DNA from: an uncultured delta proteobacterium
GTDB taxonomy: Bacteria > Myxococcota_A > Polyangia > Polyangiales > Polyangiaceae
Direction of reading: 5' to 3'
DNA length: 64,000 nucleotides
Assembly: GCA_963763745.1 (NCBI GenBank)
Contig: CAVXQJ010000001.1
Location: forward strand, 2,431-66,430
Shown here: piece by piece, positions 52,556 to 63,197 of the stretch
How the letters are laid out: every line of letters starts with the position of its first letter
Position numbering within the stretch: the first letter of the stretch is position 1
Position numbers and translations under genes: made by a program
The notes under the pieces: generated by a model
What the model was told of the DNA's origin: nothing
Seen by the model: only the letters and a program-made list of their open reading frames with translations
Database searches by the model: none

Positions 52556-53639
52556 GTGAGCACGGAAATCGGCGTGGTGTGCGGCCGCTGCGACGCGTAC
52601 AGCCCGATGCGCACGCTCGCGTGTCCGGCGTGCGGCAACGACCTCGCGCTCTTCAAGGACAAACCCGAAAAACCCCGCTCGGAGCGGGTCACGCAACCGC
52701 GCGATGCCATCGGCTCGAACCCGCCGCTCGCGCGGATGTTCGACGAACCGCTCCACCCGCGAGCACCGATTGCACCCGCGCCCACGAGTCCGCTATCGTC
52801 GCCCACCGGAGGCGGGACCCGCGTCGTCGGCGGTGACCTGTCGCTGGAGGAGCTGATGGAACAAGCGAAGAACTTCCTCTGCCGTTCATGCTCGACGCAA
52901 GTGCCGATGGGGCACAAATTCTGCGGTCGATGCGGCGCCGCAGTGCCGCCGGAGATCTTGAACGCGCGCACGCAGTTCTTCGGCCAGCTGCAGATCCCCG
53001 GCAAGGCGAAGCTGATCTTGATCCGCGGCGAAGGCGTCGAGGGACTCAGCTACCAACTCAACGCCGAGCAGCACGTCGTCGGTCGCAACGGCCAGCTCGT
53101 GTTCCCGGACGATCCGTTCGTCTCGCCGAAGCACGCGAATCTCTTTTACCGAAACAACAAGCTCGTCGTCCGCGACGAAGGCTCGCTGAATGGCGTCTTC
53201 TTGCGCGTGCGCGGCTCGGTCGACATCGAGCCGAAGGACGAGTTTCTCGCGGGCGAGCAGCTCTTCGAGGTCGACGCATCGCCGAAGATCGGCGACGGCC
53301 CATCGTCGGACGGAACGTATTTCTACACGTCGCCGAAGCACCAGTTCCTCTTCCGCATCACGCAGATCCTCCAAGGCGGCGGTCGTGGCATGTCGGTGCT
53401 GCGCGCGCACGAGCTCGCTCCAAATCGGACGCGAGGGCGGCGATCTGAATTTCCCGAACGACCTCTACATGAGCGCGTCGCACTGCAAGATCGAAGAGTC
53501 GGGCGGGAAGCTCACGCTCACCGATCTCAACAGCCGCAACGGCACGTACTTGCGCATCAAGGACGAGCGCGAGCTCGCCCACGGCGATTACCTCTTCATG
53601 GGTCGCAAGCTCCTGCGCGTCGAAATCACCGCGGCGTAA
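52556..53639 (+). CDS. FHA-domain protein with two N-terminal zinc-ribbon motifs; one frameshift near 53400
   Basis: CGRC...CPAC and CRSC...CGRC ribbons, FHA-1 ([25 protein letters not shown]...NGVF), then FHA-2 (...[27 protein letters not shown]...SRNGTYL) in the frame of ORF 53190..53639. Confidence 0.6.
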
Positions 53640-54219
53640 GTGCGCGCCGCGTGAGCGCGCCGATCGCGCGCAGCAACTTGACGGGGACCTGCGTGAGGAG
53701 CGACTCGAGATCGATGGGTCCATCGGTCTTCGGCATGAGCTCCTCGAAGACGATGCCGAAGCGCTCGTATTTTTTTCCGAGCGAGTCGATGCGCTTGCGC
53801 AGCGCCTCAGCCTCCGCGCCGCGCGCGTTGCCGAGCATCGTCATCGCGCGTCGCGAGAGATCCTGTTTGTCGACGATCACCCGGCGGAGCTTCGCGAGGT
53901 ACGCGCCGATGATCACGTCCGGGTAAGGTCCGCGGAGCGCGAAGAGGTCGTGGCGCGCGCCGGGCAAGCGCTTCTTCTCGACGATGCCCGCCGCTTCGAG
54001 CGCGCGCAGGTTCGAGAAGATGTTGCTCTTCGATCGCCCGAGCATGTCGCTCAGCGCGTCCATCGATTGCGGCTCGTCGGCGAGATAAAGCGCCGCGATG
54101 ATCTGCCCACCGAGCCGCGTGATCCCCGGAAAGCTCGCGACCACTTCCGCGCCGACGCCATCGAGCAACGTTCGGCGCGTCGCGCGCACCGGATCTTCGG
54201 TCGAGTCCTCGCTCACCAT
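53626..54219 (-). CDS. GbsR/MarR-family winged-helix transcriptional regulator
   Basis: Internal ATG at 54219 ([10 protein letters not shown]...). HTH region ...[42 protein letters not shown]. It is divergent and only 18 bp from the next gene. Confidence 0.55.
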   Translation of the reverse strand: MVSEDSTEDPVRATRRTLLDGVGAEVVASFPGITRLGGQIIAALYLADEPQSMDALSDMLGRSKSNIFSNLRALEAAGIVEKKRLPGARHDLFALRGPYPDVIIGAYLAKLRRVIVDKQDLSRRAMTMLGNARGAEAEALRKRIDSLGKKYERFGIVFEELMPKTDGPIDLESLLTQVPVKLLRAIGALTRRALTPR

Positions 54220-54237
54220 CCGCACTATAAACCGAAG

Positions 54238-56208
54238 ATGCCGAATCGCCTCGCGAACGAAGCGTCCCCGTACCTCCAGCAGCACGCGAAAAACCCCGTC
54301 GATTGGTTCCCCTGGAGCAGCGAAGCGCTCGCGAAGAGCAAGAGCGAAGACAAACCGATCCTCCTCAGCGTGGGTTATTCGGCGTGCCACTGGTGCCACG
54401 TCATGGAGCACGAGAGCTTCGAGGACGAAGCGATCGCCAAAGTGATGAACGAGCATTTCGTCTGCATCAAAGTCGATCGCGAAGAGCGCCCCGACATCGA
54501 TCAGATTTACCAACTCACCGCGCAGCTCCTCGGTCGCAGCGGCGGCTGGCCTCTCACCGTGTTTCTCACGCCCGATCAAAGACCATTTTTCGCGGGCACG
54601 TATTTTCCGCCGACCGATCGCCACGGCATGCCCGCGTTCCCGCGCATCCTTCTCGCCGTCGCCGACGCATACCGCACCAAGCGAGACGAGATCGATCTCC
54701 AAGCGCGCGAGCTCGCCGACGCCATCGCACAGGTCTCACAACCCGAAACGAAAACCGGCGAGCTCTCGACGGCGCTCCTCGCGAAAGCCGCCGAACGCCT
54801 CTCGATGCGCTTCGACGATGTGAATGGCGGCTTCGGATCGCGCCCGAAATTCCCGAGCACGATGAGCCTCGACGTCCTCCTCGCGCACGGGACGCTCAAC
54901 GGCGACGCGCGCGCGCTCGCGCGCGTTCGCAAAGCGCTCGATGGCATGCGCGGCGGCGGCATCTACGATCAGCTCGGCGGCGGCTTTCATCGCTACTCCA
55001 CCGACGAACGCTGGCTCGTGCCGCACTTCGAGAAAATGCTCTACGACAACGCGCTCCTTCTGCGGCTCTACGTCGACGGTTGGCGCGCGTTCGGCGACGA
55101 GCGCTACGCGACCTCCGCGCGTGAAATCGTCGGGTGGCTCGAGCGCGAAATGCTCGATCCGGGCGGCGCGTTCTACGCGACGCAAGACGCCGACAGCGAA
55201 GGTCACGAGGGAAAGTTCTTCGTGTGGACGAAAGACGAAGTTCGCGACGCGTGCGGCGACGACGCGGACCTCGCGTGCGCGCGCTTCGGTGTGACGGACG
55301 AGGGCAACTTCGAAGACTCCTCGTCGAGCGTTCTCCACATCGCCAAATCCATCCAAGACATCGCGCTCGCGAAATCGCTCGCACCGAGCGAAGTCACGCG
55401 GCGCCTCGAAGTCGCGCGCACGAAGCTCCTCGCGCACCGCGAAAAACGCATCAAACCGTTTCGCGACGAAAAGATCCTCGCGTCGTGGAACGGCCTCCTC
55501 ATCGGCGCGCTCGCCGACGCCGCATGCGCGCTTTCCGAGCCCACGTGGCTCGAGCTCGCCGAGCGCGCGTTCGCGTTCGTGATGGAGAAGCTCGTGAAAG
55601 ACGATCGCGTCCTTCGCCACGTCAAAGACGGCGTCCCAAAAGGCCCAGGGTTCCTCGACGACCAAGCGTACGTCGCGTGCGCCGCGATCGATCTCTACGA
55701 GGCCACGGGCAAGAGGGCGTTCCTCGATCGCGCGCGCGCGTTCGCCGAGACGATCCGCAAGCACTTCACCGGCGAAGACGGCGAGCTCTTTCTCACGTCA
55801 GACGATGGGGAGCCTCTCATCGCGCGAACGCAAGACATCTACGACCACGCGATCCCGAGCGCGTCATCCAAAGCACTCGAGCTCTTCATCCGACTTGGCG
55901 AAGAACCGAAGCAGCTCGAATCGCTCGCCGCGTCGGCTGTCGCGAACCCGTTCGGTCTCTCGTCGATCGCGCTCCTCGCCGACCGCGTCGCGCGGACGAG
56001 CACCGAAGTGACGCTCAGCGGAAACCCCAAAGAGCTTTTCGACGCGACCTACCGCGCCTTCATTCCGCACCGCGCCGTCGTGCACAAAGAAGGCACGGAA
56101 GGGTGCGCGTTTGTTTGCCACAACCACGCTTGCTCTCTGCCCGTATCTGGGTATCGTGAGCTGATGGCGCTGGTATCGCCGAAACGCGATACGAGCCCAA
56201 GTCGCTGA
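54238..56208 (+). CDS. thioredoxin-domain protein YyaL (DUF255 plus six-hairpin glycosidase-like domain)
   Basis: [26 protein letters not shown]...[19 protein letters not shown] is the canonical YyaL N-terminus. 656 aa, intact. Confidence 0.85.
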   Translation: MPNRLANEASPYLQQHAKNPVDWFPWSSEALAKSKSEDKPILLSVGYSACHWCHVMEHESFEDEAIAKVMNEHFVCIKVDREERPDIDQIYQLTAQLLGRSGGWPLTVFLTPDQRPFFAGTYFPPTDRHGMPAFPRILLAVADAYRTKRDEIDLQARELADAIAQVSQPETKTGELSTALLAKAAERLSMRFDDVNGGFGSRPKFPSTMSLDVLLAHGTLNGDARALARVRKALDGMRGGGIYDQLGGGFHRYSTDERWLVPHFEKMLYDNALLLRLYVDGWRAFGDERYATSAREIVGWLEREMLDPGGAFYATQDADSEGHEGKFFVWTKDEVRDACGDDADLACARFGVTDEGNFEDSSSSVLHIAKSIQDIALAKSLAPSEVTRRLEVARTKLLAHREKRIKPFRDEKILASWNGLLIGALADAACALSEPTWLELAERAFAFVMEKLVKDDRVLRHVKDGVPKGPGFLDDQAYVACAAIDLYEATGKRAFLDRARAFAETIRKHFTGEDGELFLTSDDGEPLIARTQDIYDHAIPSASSKALELFIRLGEEPKQLESLAASAVANPFGLSSIALLADRVARTSTEVTLSGNPKELFDATYRAFIPHRAVVHKEGTEGCAFVCHNHACSLPVSGYRELMALVSPKRDTSPSR

Positions 56209-56243
56209 AATCATGAACTATCCTACACGCTCTCCAGTGCTCT

Positions 56244-56350
56244 CCGGATCTTCGCGGATCCAGCCTGGGGTATCGTGGATCCAGTCTGTGAAGCTGTAAC
56301 TCGACGACACCATCCAAATTTCCATCACATAGCGATCACGCGACTGGATC
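56244..56350. promoter_or_regulatory. cluster of four GGATC(C) motifs (three within 45 bp, phased about 11 and 21 bp) 50-150 bp upstream of the first flp pilin gene
   Basis: cggatc(56245), cggatcc(56255), tggatcc(56277), tggatcg(56344). The middle pair forms an imperfect direct repeat GGATCCAG(C/T)CTG. Confidence 0.3.
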
Positions 56351-56394
56351 GTTCGATGGCACGAAGGATGGATAGAGAGAGAACGGAGGACGGA

Positions 56395-56568
56395 ATGAAG
56401 GACGCCACCCAACGACGACGTCGCACCCGTGGTGCGGTTCAAGTCGAATACGCGTTCCTTTTGGTTTTCGTGATGGTGCCCGTAGCGGGCGTCCTCCTCG
56501 CTGGTGGTCGGCAGATGTATCAAATGTATCTGACGACGCGCTCGGCGATCCTCAGTTCAAGTCCGTGA
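56395..56568 (+). CDS. flp: Flp/Fap-family type IVb pilin (prepilin)
   Basis: 57 aa. Basic leader ending ...TRG, then AVQVEYAFLLVFVMVPVAG (G|xxxxEY processing motif plus hydrophobic helix). GGAGGA lies 5 nt upstream. Confidence 0.6.
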   Translation: MKDATQRRRRTRGAVQVEYAFLLVFVMVPVAGVLLAGGRQMYQMYLTTRSAILSSSP

Positions 56569-56590
56569 AAACACACAGGAGAGAATCGAT

Positions 56591-56770
56591 ATGAACAAGC
56601 TCGTCAAGTCCAACAAGTTCTCGAAGCTCATTGCCGACAAAAAAGGCGCGACGATGGTCGAGTACGCCATCCTCCTCTTCTTGATCCTCGTCATCGCGGC
56701 GATCGTCTACAAGAAGGTCGGTAGCAGCGTGTCGGGCGCCGGTGACTCCGCGGTGCAGCAATTCACCTGA
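56591..56770 (+). CDS. flp: Flp/Fap-family type IVb pilin (prepilin)
   Basis: 59 aa: MNKLVKSNKFSKLIADKKG|ATMVEYAILLFLILVIAAIVY.... Textbook Flp motif. AGGAGAG lies 8 nt upstream. Confidence 0.8.
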   Translation: MNKLVKSNKFSKLIADKKGATMVEYAILLFLILVIAAIVYKKVGSSVSGAGDSAVQQFT

Positions 56771-56817
56771 GTTGATCGCCTGACGGAACTCTCTCCTACG
56801 GTGGTAGAAGAGGAAGC

Positions 56818-57357
56818 ATGATCTACTTCCTCGTGGCGGCAGCGATCATCAGTGCGATCGCTGCTGCCTCGGACCTTCGGACTGGAGAGATCCCGAACTG
56901 GCTTTCGTTGGGTGCCCTGCTCATCGCTCCCGTCGCGCACCTCGTATTCGCGGTGACGAGACACATGACAGGGCACGATGCGTTGTTCGAAGGTGGGAGT
57001 TCCATCCTAGGCGCCATCCTGTGTTCGGTCGTTCCTGCGATTCTTTATCGACAGGACGCCATCGGTGGCGGTGACCTGAAGCTGCTTGCTGCGACTGGCG
57101 CTGTGTTGCAACCACGCCTCGGCCTCGAAGCGGAAATGTATTCCTTCTTCGCAGCCGGACTAATCGCTCCCGCGTTTTTGGCCTACGAGGGAAAGCTGTT
57201 TCGGACGCTCAAGAACACAGCATTGCTTGCAGTGAATCCCCTGCTACCTAAAAAGAAGAGGCGGCAGGTGGAGCCAGCGCTCTTGACATGGTTTCGTTTC
57301 GGGCCGGCCATTTTCATCGGGACGTCGATAACTGCCTACCTGCATTGGAGAACCTGA
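56818..57357 (+). CDS. cpaA: A24-family Flp prepilin peptidase CpaA/TadV
   Basis: 179-aa polytopic protein with the two catalytic Asp contexts (AASDLRTGEIPN and GGGDLKLLAA). Confidence 0.85.
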   Translation: MIYFLVAAAIISAIAAASDLRTGEIPNWLSLGALLIAPVAHLVFAVTRHMTGHDALFEGGSSILGAILCSVVPAILYRQDAIGGGDLKLLAATGAVLQPRLGLEAEMYSFFAAGLIAPAFLAYEGKLFRTLKNTALLAVNPLLPKKKRRQVEPALLTWFRFGPAIFIGTSITAYLHWRT

Positions 57358-57833
57358 TGGGTAAGAGAGAAGGGATAGTGCGAGCGCGAAGGGGAGCGGT
57401 CCTCGCTGAGTTCGCCATCGCCTTCATGCCGATATGCACCATCTTCTTGTGCCTCTGTCAGCTGTCTCGTTACTCCATCGCTCGCCTCGCGGTTCTCCAT
57501 GCCGCGCAGGTGAGCGCTCGCGCATGTGCGGTCATCATCGATCCAGACCCCGGACACGACGCTCCAACACCCCTCGATGGTCCCGACACGGACGTCCAGC
57601 GAGCCGCGCAAGTCGCGATGCAGCCGTTCGAGGGTAGCAGCGGCGAAATCACGCATACGCCGCCCACGTGCGATCATGACGGCGTCGAGAACGGTGGAAC
57701 GGACACCGTCACGATGGACGCGCAATACACGTGCCAGATTCCGGTGGCGAAGCGCATCGTGTGCTCATCCGGGACGAAGAACTTCACGGTCCACGCGCAG
57801 TTCCCGCATCAGGGCGCACGGTACAAACTCTAG
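57357..57833 (+). CDS. TadE-like pseudopilin
   Basis: Start overlaps the cpaA stop (TGATG). N-terminal RRGAVLAEFAIAFMPICTIFL TadE/TadG-type prepilin motif. Confidence 0.7.
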   Translation: MGKREGIVRARRGAVLAEFAIAFMPICTIFLCLCQLSRYSIARLAVLHAAQVSARACAVIIDPDPGHDAPTPLDGPDTDVQRAAQVAMQPFEGSSGEITHTPPTCDHDGVENGGTDTVTMDAQYTCQIPVAKRIVCSSGTKNFTVHAQFPHQGARYKL

Positions 57834-57842
57834 GAGCGTTCC

Positions 57843-59651
57843 ATGTCGGCAAACGTGATCGCCAACTCAAGTCCGCTCGACAAGGTCAAAGACAATCGCG
57901 GCGCCATCATGGTCGTCGGGATTTTCTTTGCGTGCGTGATGATTGGATGGATGTGGATGCTCGTCGGCCTCGGCGACGCGATGATCTGGCGCGATCGATC
58001 GCAAGAAGCCGCAGACTCGATGAGCTATTCGTCCGCTGCGATTCAAGCGCAGGGAATGAACCTCATCTCGTTCATCAACATCCTCATGTTGATTCTGACG
58101 GCCGTCTATCTGCTGATGTCGTTCGTCTACAACATCCTCGACTTCATGCACGTCGTCCTCGGAAGCGACGTGGACAACGCGAAGTGCATGCCCACGTCGT
58201 GCGGCGTGCGCAAAGCGGACATGACGCTTCTCTCGCAGGTCCCGTACCTCGAGTGGCTCGAGCCCGTCGCGAATTACTGGTGCGACGCAGCGAAGATCGT
58301 GGGAGAGCTCCACGACGGAAGAACCAACGGAGCACCTGGCGCGCCCAGCGTGGGTTGGCTCCTCGGTGGCCTCGAGACGATCATGGTCGACACCATGCCC
58401 GTGCTCTCCACCTTCGAGGACTTCGTCTCGTACGCATTTCCGTGGGCGGGCGAGCTCGTCGGCGCTTACACGGCAACACAATACAAGGATTGGGGCAAAG
58501 ACAGATGGGGTCTACCCATCAGTGCCACGCTGATACCCGCCACCACATCACCAGGCCAACCAGGCACGTTGATGCCCGCGAAGAAGTATGCGTCGTGCGC
58601 GGACCCGAAATGCTCGACCCCGCTCAACTGTGATGCTCACGATCCGCAGTCGTGCGCGCAGTACAACGGTGGCGACAAGCGTGAAGGTCTTCCCGTCGAG
58701 ATTCCGGACAATGGCTTTACGGCGATTTGCGATTACGCCAGCGCCAAGGTGTCCACTGCAGCGAAGAACGCAGTCAGCAGCATGCTCGGCGGCGGCATGC
58801 TCGGGACCATCGTCGGAACGCTCACGGGTTGGGTGACGAAGGCGATCGGAAGTGCGGTCACCAACGCGTATTGCAAACACGACTCGACGGGCCTCTTCCA
58901 CGGTGCCGACGACACCGTTGCGAGCATCCTGATTCCAATCACGGCGATCCAAACCGGTGGCTGGAAGAACAAGGAAAAGTGCCCTCACGACAACTGGGGA
59001 CACGGCAACAGCGGCTCGTGCGGTGGTCCGGACACCTGCAACAAAGTCTACGAGATGCAGTACAAGAACCAGAACTTCTGGGAAGACCCGTCGTTCGCGG
59101 GTGGTCCGCACCTCGTCGTCCAATACGCATCGAACGGCAACGACTGGATGCAAGTGTGGGGCGCGGTTTGGGGCGGCAATCGCGTCGAGCAATCCGAGAA
59201 GCTCGTTGGCGTCGCGGGCATGGACTCGAACGGGAGCGGGACTTGGAACACCATCATCCCGCAAAACTCCGAGTCGCTCTTCAGCCTCTATCTCTCGCAA
59301 GCGGAATTCTATTTCGATTGCAACGACAAGTGGTCGACGGACGCCTGCAACAAGAACAACAACGCGTCCTACAACATCGCTTGGCGCGCTCGCCTGCGTC
59401 GCGTGCGCGGGTTGTCGTGGGGTCAAGACCTGTTCGGTTATGTGTGGAACGGTTCGCTCGGTTCGACGTTCGACGGCGAGGTGAAGAAGGTCATCTCGGG
59501 TGCGATGGGCTCGGCGTTCTCGAATCCGCTCGTAGGCAAGGGAGCCACGCTGGCCGCCAACGCGGGCTACACCGCGCTGAAGGGCTACGCAGGCAACGCC
59601 TTGGGTAGTGCGTTCAACCCAGCATCCGCAATTCCGGACTACATCCATTGA
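57843..59651 (+). CDS. TadG-like large pseudopilin / pilus-tip-associated protein, Cys-rich
   Basis: 602 aa. N-terminal DNRGAIMVVGIFFACVMIGWMWMLVGLG pilin-like helix, then a large Cys/Gly/Asn-rich extracellular region. GC is ~56%. Confidence 0.6.
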   Translation: MSANVIANSSPLDKVKDNRGAIMVVGIFFACVMIGWMWMLVGLGDAMIWRDRSQEAADSMSYSSAAIQAQGMNLISFINILMLILTAVYLLMSFVYNILDFMHVVLGSDVDNAKCMPTSCGVRKADMTLLSQVPYLEWLEPVANYWCDAAKIVGELHDGRTNGAPGAPSVGWLLGGLETIMVDTMPVLSTFEDFVSYAFPWAGELVGAYTATQYKDWGKDRWGLPISATLIPATTSPGQPGTLMPAKKYASCADPKCSTPLNCDAHDPQSCAQYNGGDKREGLPVEIPDNGFTAICDYASAKVSTAAKNAVSSMLGGGMLGTIVGTLTGWVTKAIGSAVTNAYCKHDSTGLFHGADDTVASILIPITAIQTGGWKNKEKCPHDNWGHGNSGSCGGPDTCNKVYEMQYKNQNFWEDPSFAGGPHLVVQYASNGNDWMQVWGAVWGGNRVEQSEKLVGVAGMDSNGSGTWNTIIPQNSESLFSLYLSQAEFYFDCNDKWSTDACNKNNNASYNIAWRARLRRVRGLSWGQDLFGYVWNGSLGSTFDGEVKKVISGAMGSAFSNPLVGKGATLAANAGYTALKGYAGNALGSAFNPASAIPDYIH

Positions 59652-59659
59652 GGCGCCCC

Positions 59660-60235
59660 ATGACCAAACACTCAAGACGACGAAGGCAACGTGGTGTCGC
59701 GATGGTCGAGGCGGGGATTCTGGCGCCCATCTTCGCCATGATGATGATGATGACCATCAACTTGATGGGCGTGTACGAAACGAAATACCGCAGTTGCATG
59801 CTGTCGCGTTACGCGACGATGTCGTACGCATCGAACCACTGCACCAACAACGAGTTCAAACCCATCACGAACGACTTGCCACCGGGCATCAAGGCTGGCT
59901 CGGCTGCATCGCAAGGCTCGCAGGGCACCTCGGTCACGGACCCGCAGGATCAAAACGGCGGCACGGCGTCGAACAAGTACACGAGCCAGGCGCCAAACTC
60001 TCAGGGTGCCCAAGCCGCTTCGTCGATGTTCATGGGTCACGGCACTTCGACGCTGACGTGGGACTACAGCCCCACGTACCGCTTCAACCAAAACGGGCCG
60101 AAGCAAATCACGACGACGGGTCAATGCGTGTGCAACACGCCGCCGCCGCAAGGGGCCATTCGACTACCTCACGAACATCCTCGGCACGGTATTCTAGAGA
60201 GGCCGCATGCTCTTCCATCTCTACCTCCTCGGTAA
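59660..60235 (+). CDS. TadE-like pseudopilin (3' end uncertain; possible frameshift giving an alternative end at ~60197)
   Basis: MTKHSRRRRQRGVAMVEAGILAPIFAMMMMMTINL N-terminal motif. The tail ...PFDYLTNILGTVF* in the adjacent frame looks more protein-like than the in-frame ending. Confidence 0.6.
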   Translation: MTKHSRRRRQRGVAMVEAGILAPIFAMMMMMTINLMGVYETKYRSCMLSRYATMSYASNHCTNNEFKPITNDLPPGIKAGSAASQGSQGTSVTDPQDQNGGTASNKYTSQAPNSQGAQAASSMFMGHGTSTLTWDYSPTYRFNQNGPKQITTTGQCVCNTPPPQGAIRLPHEHPRHGILERPHALPSLPPR

Positions 60236-61194
60236 GGTTTCCAAGAAACGGCTTCTCGGCACCGCGCGCGTGCTCGTTTACGGCACGGTGGTGACGGCTG
60301 GTCTCGGCGCGCTCACGGTCCGAAACGCGGTCGCCGACACGGAGACGCGCAGCCTCGAGCTCGGACGCAAGCTCGCAGGGCTTCAAGATCTACTGCACGG
60401 CGCGCAAGAGTTCCGGTTGAACGGACAGAGCGTCTACTTCTCTGCCACGGAGTCCGACGACTCGGTCTCCAAGGTGCTCGACCGCTTCGAGAATCATTGC
60501 AACAGCTCCCACGCGTTCGAGGCGCTCAAGTGGAAGTCGCTCGGCGACGTGAAAGGCCAGGACATGGAGAAAGCCGGCGTGAGCCGGTTTGGTGTCGTTC
60601 GCAAGGAGGACGAGACGGCGCACGACGGTGTCGTCATGTGCTTCACGAAGGACAACGGTCCGAAGGACTTCCTCACGGCGCTCGACGCGTTCCGCGTGTC
60701 TGGCGATCTCCACGACCTCGGTGACGTGCGCTACGTCCACGCGGTCCGCAGAGACTCGAACACGTACATTCAAGTGATGTGGACGGAGGGAAGCTTCAAC
60801 ATCCGCAACATCATGGGCACGCCGGGAGAGGATTCGGTCGGCTCCGACTTCGCGAACATCCCGCGCCCGATCGCACTCGACGCGCACGATCACGGCCGAA
60901 GCGCTCAACACGCCGTACTCCGCGCGCGTGTACGAGTCGAGCGACGAGCCCGACGCGATTCTCGGTGCGTACTCGAGCAAGCTCCTCTCGGAGGGTTGGT
61001 CGTCGGCGACCTCGCCGGCTGTCGGAATGGACAAGATGGGTCTCGACGGTCGCATCTTCATCCGACCGGAGTCGGCGGAGCAGGCAGTCGTCTCGGTCAC
61101 CAAAAACAAAGACAACGGCAAGACGATGATCGTCGTGGCATCGGTCGGCCAGACACCGTCCGCCGACCAACTGCACACTGTGGGGCCCCGATGA
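60207..61194 (+). CDS. hypothetical membrane-anchored protein, last gene-but-one of the pilin operon; one frameshift near 60885
   Basis: N-terminal TM helix LLGTARVLVYGTVVTAGLGALTV. The protein-like sequence continues in the frame of ORF 60928..61194 (...VYESSDEPDAILGAYSSKLLSEGW...). The stop overlaps the next start (ATGA). Confidence 0.45.
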
Positions 61195-62060
61195 AACGAG
61201 TCGTCCTTCTGGTTGCGTTGATGCTGATGGTGGTGGGCATCCCCACGGCGAACGCACAACAGCAGCAGGTGCAGCCCATCCCGGAGGTCCCCAAGCCGGA
61301 TCACCCGCTGCCGCTGCTGCGATTTCCCGCGCCCGCAGCAACATACGATCTCTACGTCCAGTACTGGCTCCAGCTCATTCGCACGGCGGGGCAGCGCTAC
61401 CACGTTGGACCCGGCGAGACGGACAAAGTGGTCCTCCTCGTGAAGGACTGCGCGATGCGAGTCGAGGCGGACGGATACGTGACGCAGGGCGAGGCGCGGG
61501 ATTGCCGCGTGATGGCGATGACGAAGATGCACGAGATCGCGACGCCCTACATCGTGCAGGCCGCGGCAGGAAAACTGACGTCTCGCGCAGCGTTCATTCT
61601 CGCGCTCGTCGCGGCTTGCAACGAGGCTCCGAAGCCCACCGCCACGGACGCGTCGATCGCGACGGCGACGCCGTCGTCCGCTTCGGCGGTCGTGGACAGC
61701 GGTGCAAGCGCCGTCATCGTGGACGCGGAAGCCGACGTCGACGTCGCCGCGTTGATGGAGAGAGGGCTCGTGTTGCTCGAGGACGCGGCAACATCGTGCA
61801 CGCCAACATCGGCGATTGCGACGCGATGGCCGATCGTGTGGAAGAGTATCGCGCAGAAGCACCTCGATGGGGTCGCGCAGGTCGAGACGATGTACGAGCA
61901 AAAGCACGAGACCGAGCGAAAGCAGATCCAGCCGCAATTCCGAAAACGATTCAAGGCGGCGTGGGCGAACATTCGTCCCGGCATCGACGAAATGCAGGGG
62001 CACGCCGAAGGTGAATCGCGTCATCCACGAGATCTGGGGCGACACCGACGCCCGACGCTA
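61191..62060 (+). CDS. hypothetical secreted protein
   Basis: Signal peptide MKRVVLLVALMLMVVGIPTANAQQQQ. 289 aa. Confidence 0.5.
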
Positions 62061-62083
62061 GTGAATAGCGAGCGCGCCGATCA

Positions 62084-63197
62084 TCATCTCGTAGTGGCGG
62101 CGCAAGCGATCTCTGCATGGCCGAGAGGCGCGCCTCGAAGGAGAAGTCGCCGCTGACGAGCGAGAGCGCGTTGTCGAGCTTCGCGGCGGGCCTGGTCGAT
62201 AGGTATGGCGCGAGGTAGAGCTCCTCGAGCTCCGTGTCGGACGATGAACTCGCGGATCTTGCTCGAGGCCGTCGCGTCGCAGAGGTACTCGTCCATCACG
62301 AGGAACGGAACGTCCTGCGCGAACGCGGCGAGCATCGCGTGCCATCGCGTGCACAAATGGAGATCGAGCGCGCCGACGAGGCGCCAGCGCTCGAGCGCGG
62401 TCAGGCGCGCGGTCACGATCTTCGCGCCTGGGATCGCCGCGTGCGCCATCCGTTGGAGCTCCGAGTCTCCGTAGATCTCGCCGAACGGCATGATGACGAG
62501 CTCGATGCTGCGTTTGGCGACGAGCTTGCTCAGCGTCGAGAAGAGCTCGTTGTAGAAGAACTGATGCGCGACCATCGCGCACCGAAGTGCCGACGGAGAG
62601 ACCCGACGACGAACGCGCTCGTGTCGACGCCCGCGGCGCGCAGTGTGCGCTCGCCGAAGTCGTCGCCCGTGGGAGCGAGAGGAGCAGCGTCGGATCGGGG
62701 ACGACGTGGATCGTCGCCTGCGAAGCCGCACCGCCGAACGAATCGCGCAGTCAGCGCGTTGCGCACGCTCACGTAGGCGAGCGCCTCGCAGCAGCGCGCG
62801 ACGCGCGCGTAGTCGTCTCGTGGTCGACGAGGTACGCCGGCGTGGCCTCCGCGCCGATCGCGTTCCAGCAGCCGGGGACGTCGCGGTTCCAGTCGGCTCG
62901 CGATCGCCGAGCAAGAACGGCCTGAAGTCGGGCTCGAGACGGATGATGCCGCCGCCGCCGATGACGACCGCGTCGAGCCCTTGGCCCAGCGCACGGAATC
63001 GTCCGCGGGAATGCGCGTGATGGGCGCGCCGAGGCCGCGCTCTCCGTCCCACGCGTGATGCCAAATGTTGCCGCGGAGCTCGGGCGCGAAGAGCGACTTG
63101 CTCCGCGTCGGGAAGGCGCGCGCGAAACGCTTGCCGCACGGCGTATCCGAGGAGCTGGTCGCCCGGCGTTGTCGATCGAGTACGCGCCGAGAAAACC
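62084..63197 (-). pseudogene. polysaccharide pyruvyl transferase family protein, about 6 frameshifts
   Basis: MKRIGFLGAYSIDNAG..., ...GNIWHHAWDGE..., ...DAVVIGGGGII..., ...YVSVRNALTARF...PDPTLL..., ...MVAHQFFYNELFS...HLCTRWHAMLAAF... scattered over all three reverse frames. Confidence 0.5.

Noticed and set aside
56357-56372. Possible sigma-54 promoter (TGGCAC-N5-ATGGA) upstream of flp1
   Set aside because: The -24 box is good but the -12 element lacks the conserved GC (ATGG rather than TTGC), and no adjacent bacterial enhancer-binding protein gene is present. It is mentioned only as a weak possibility.
60150-60235. Treating TadE-like gene 59660-60235 and hypothetical 60207-62156 as one long fusion ORF
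   Set aside because: Frame 0 is open across 60207-62156. Its middle part (60890-61190) is low-complexity, while the alternative frame gives protein-like sequence ending at 61194, and a clear signal peptide starts at 61191. Two genes with one indel is the more parsimonious reading.
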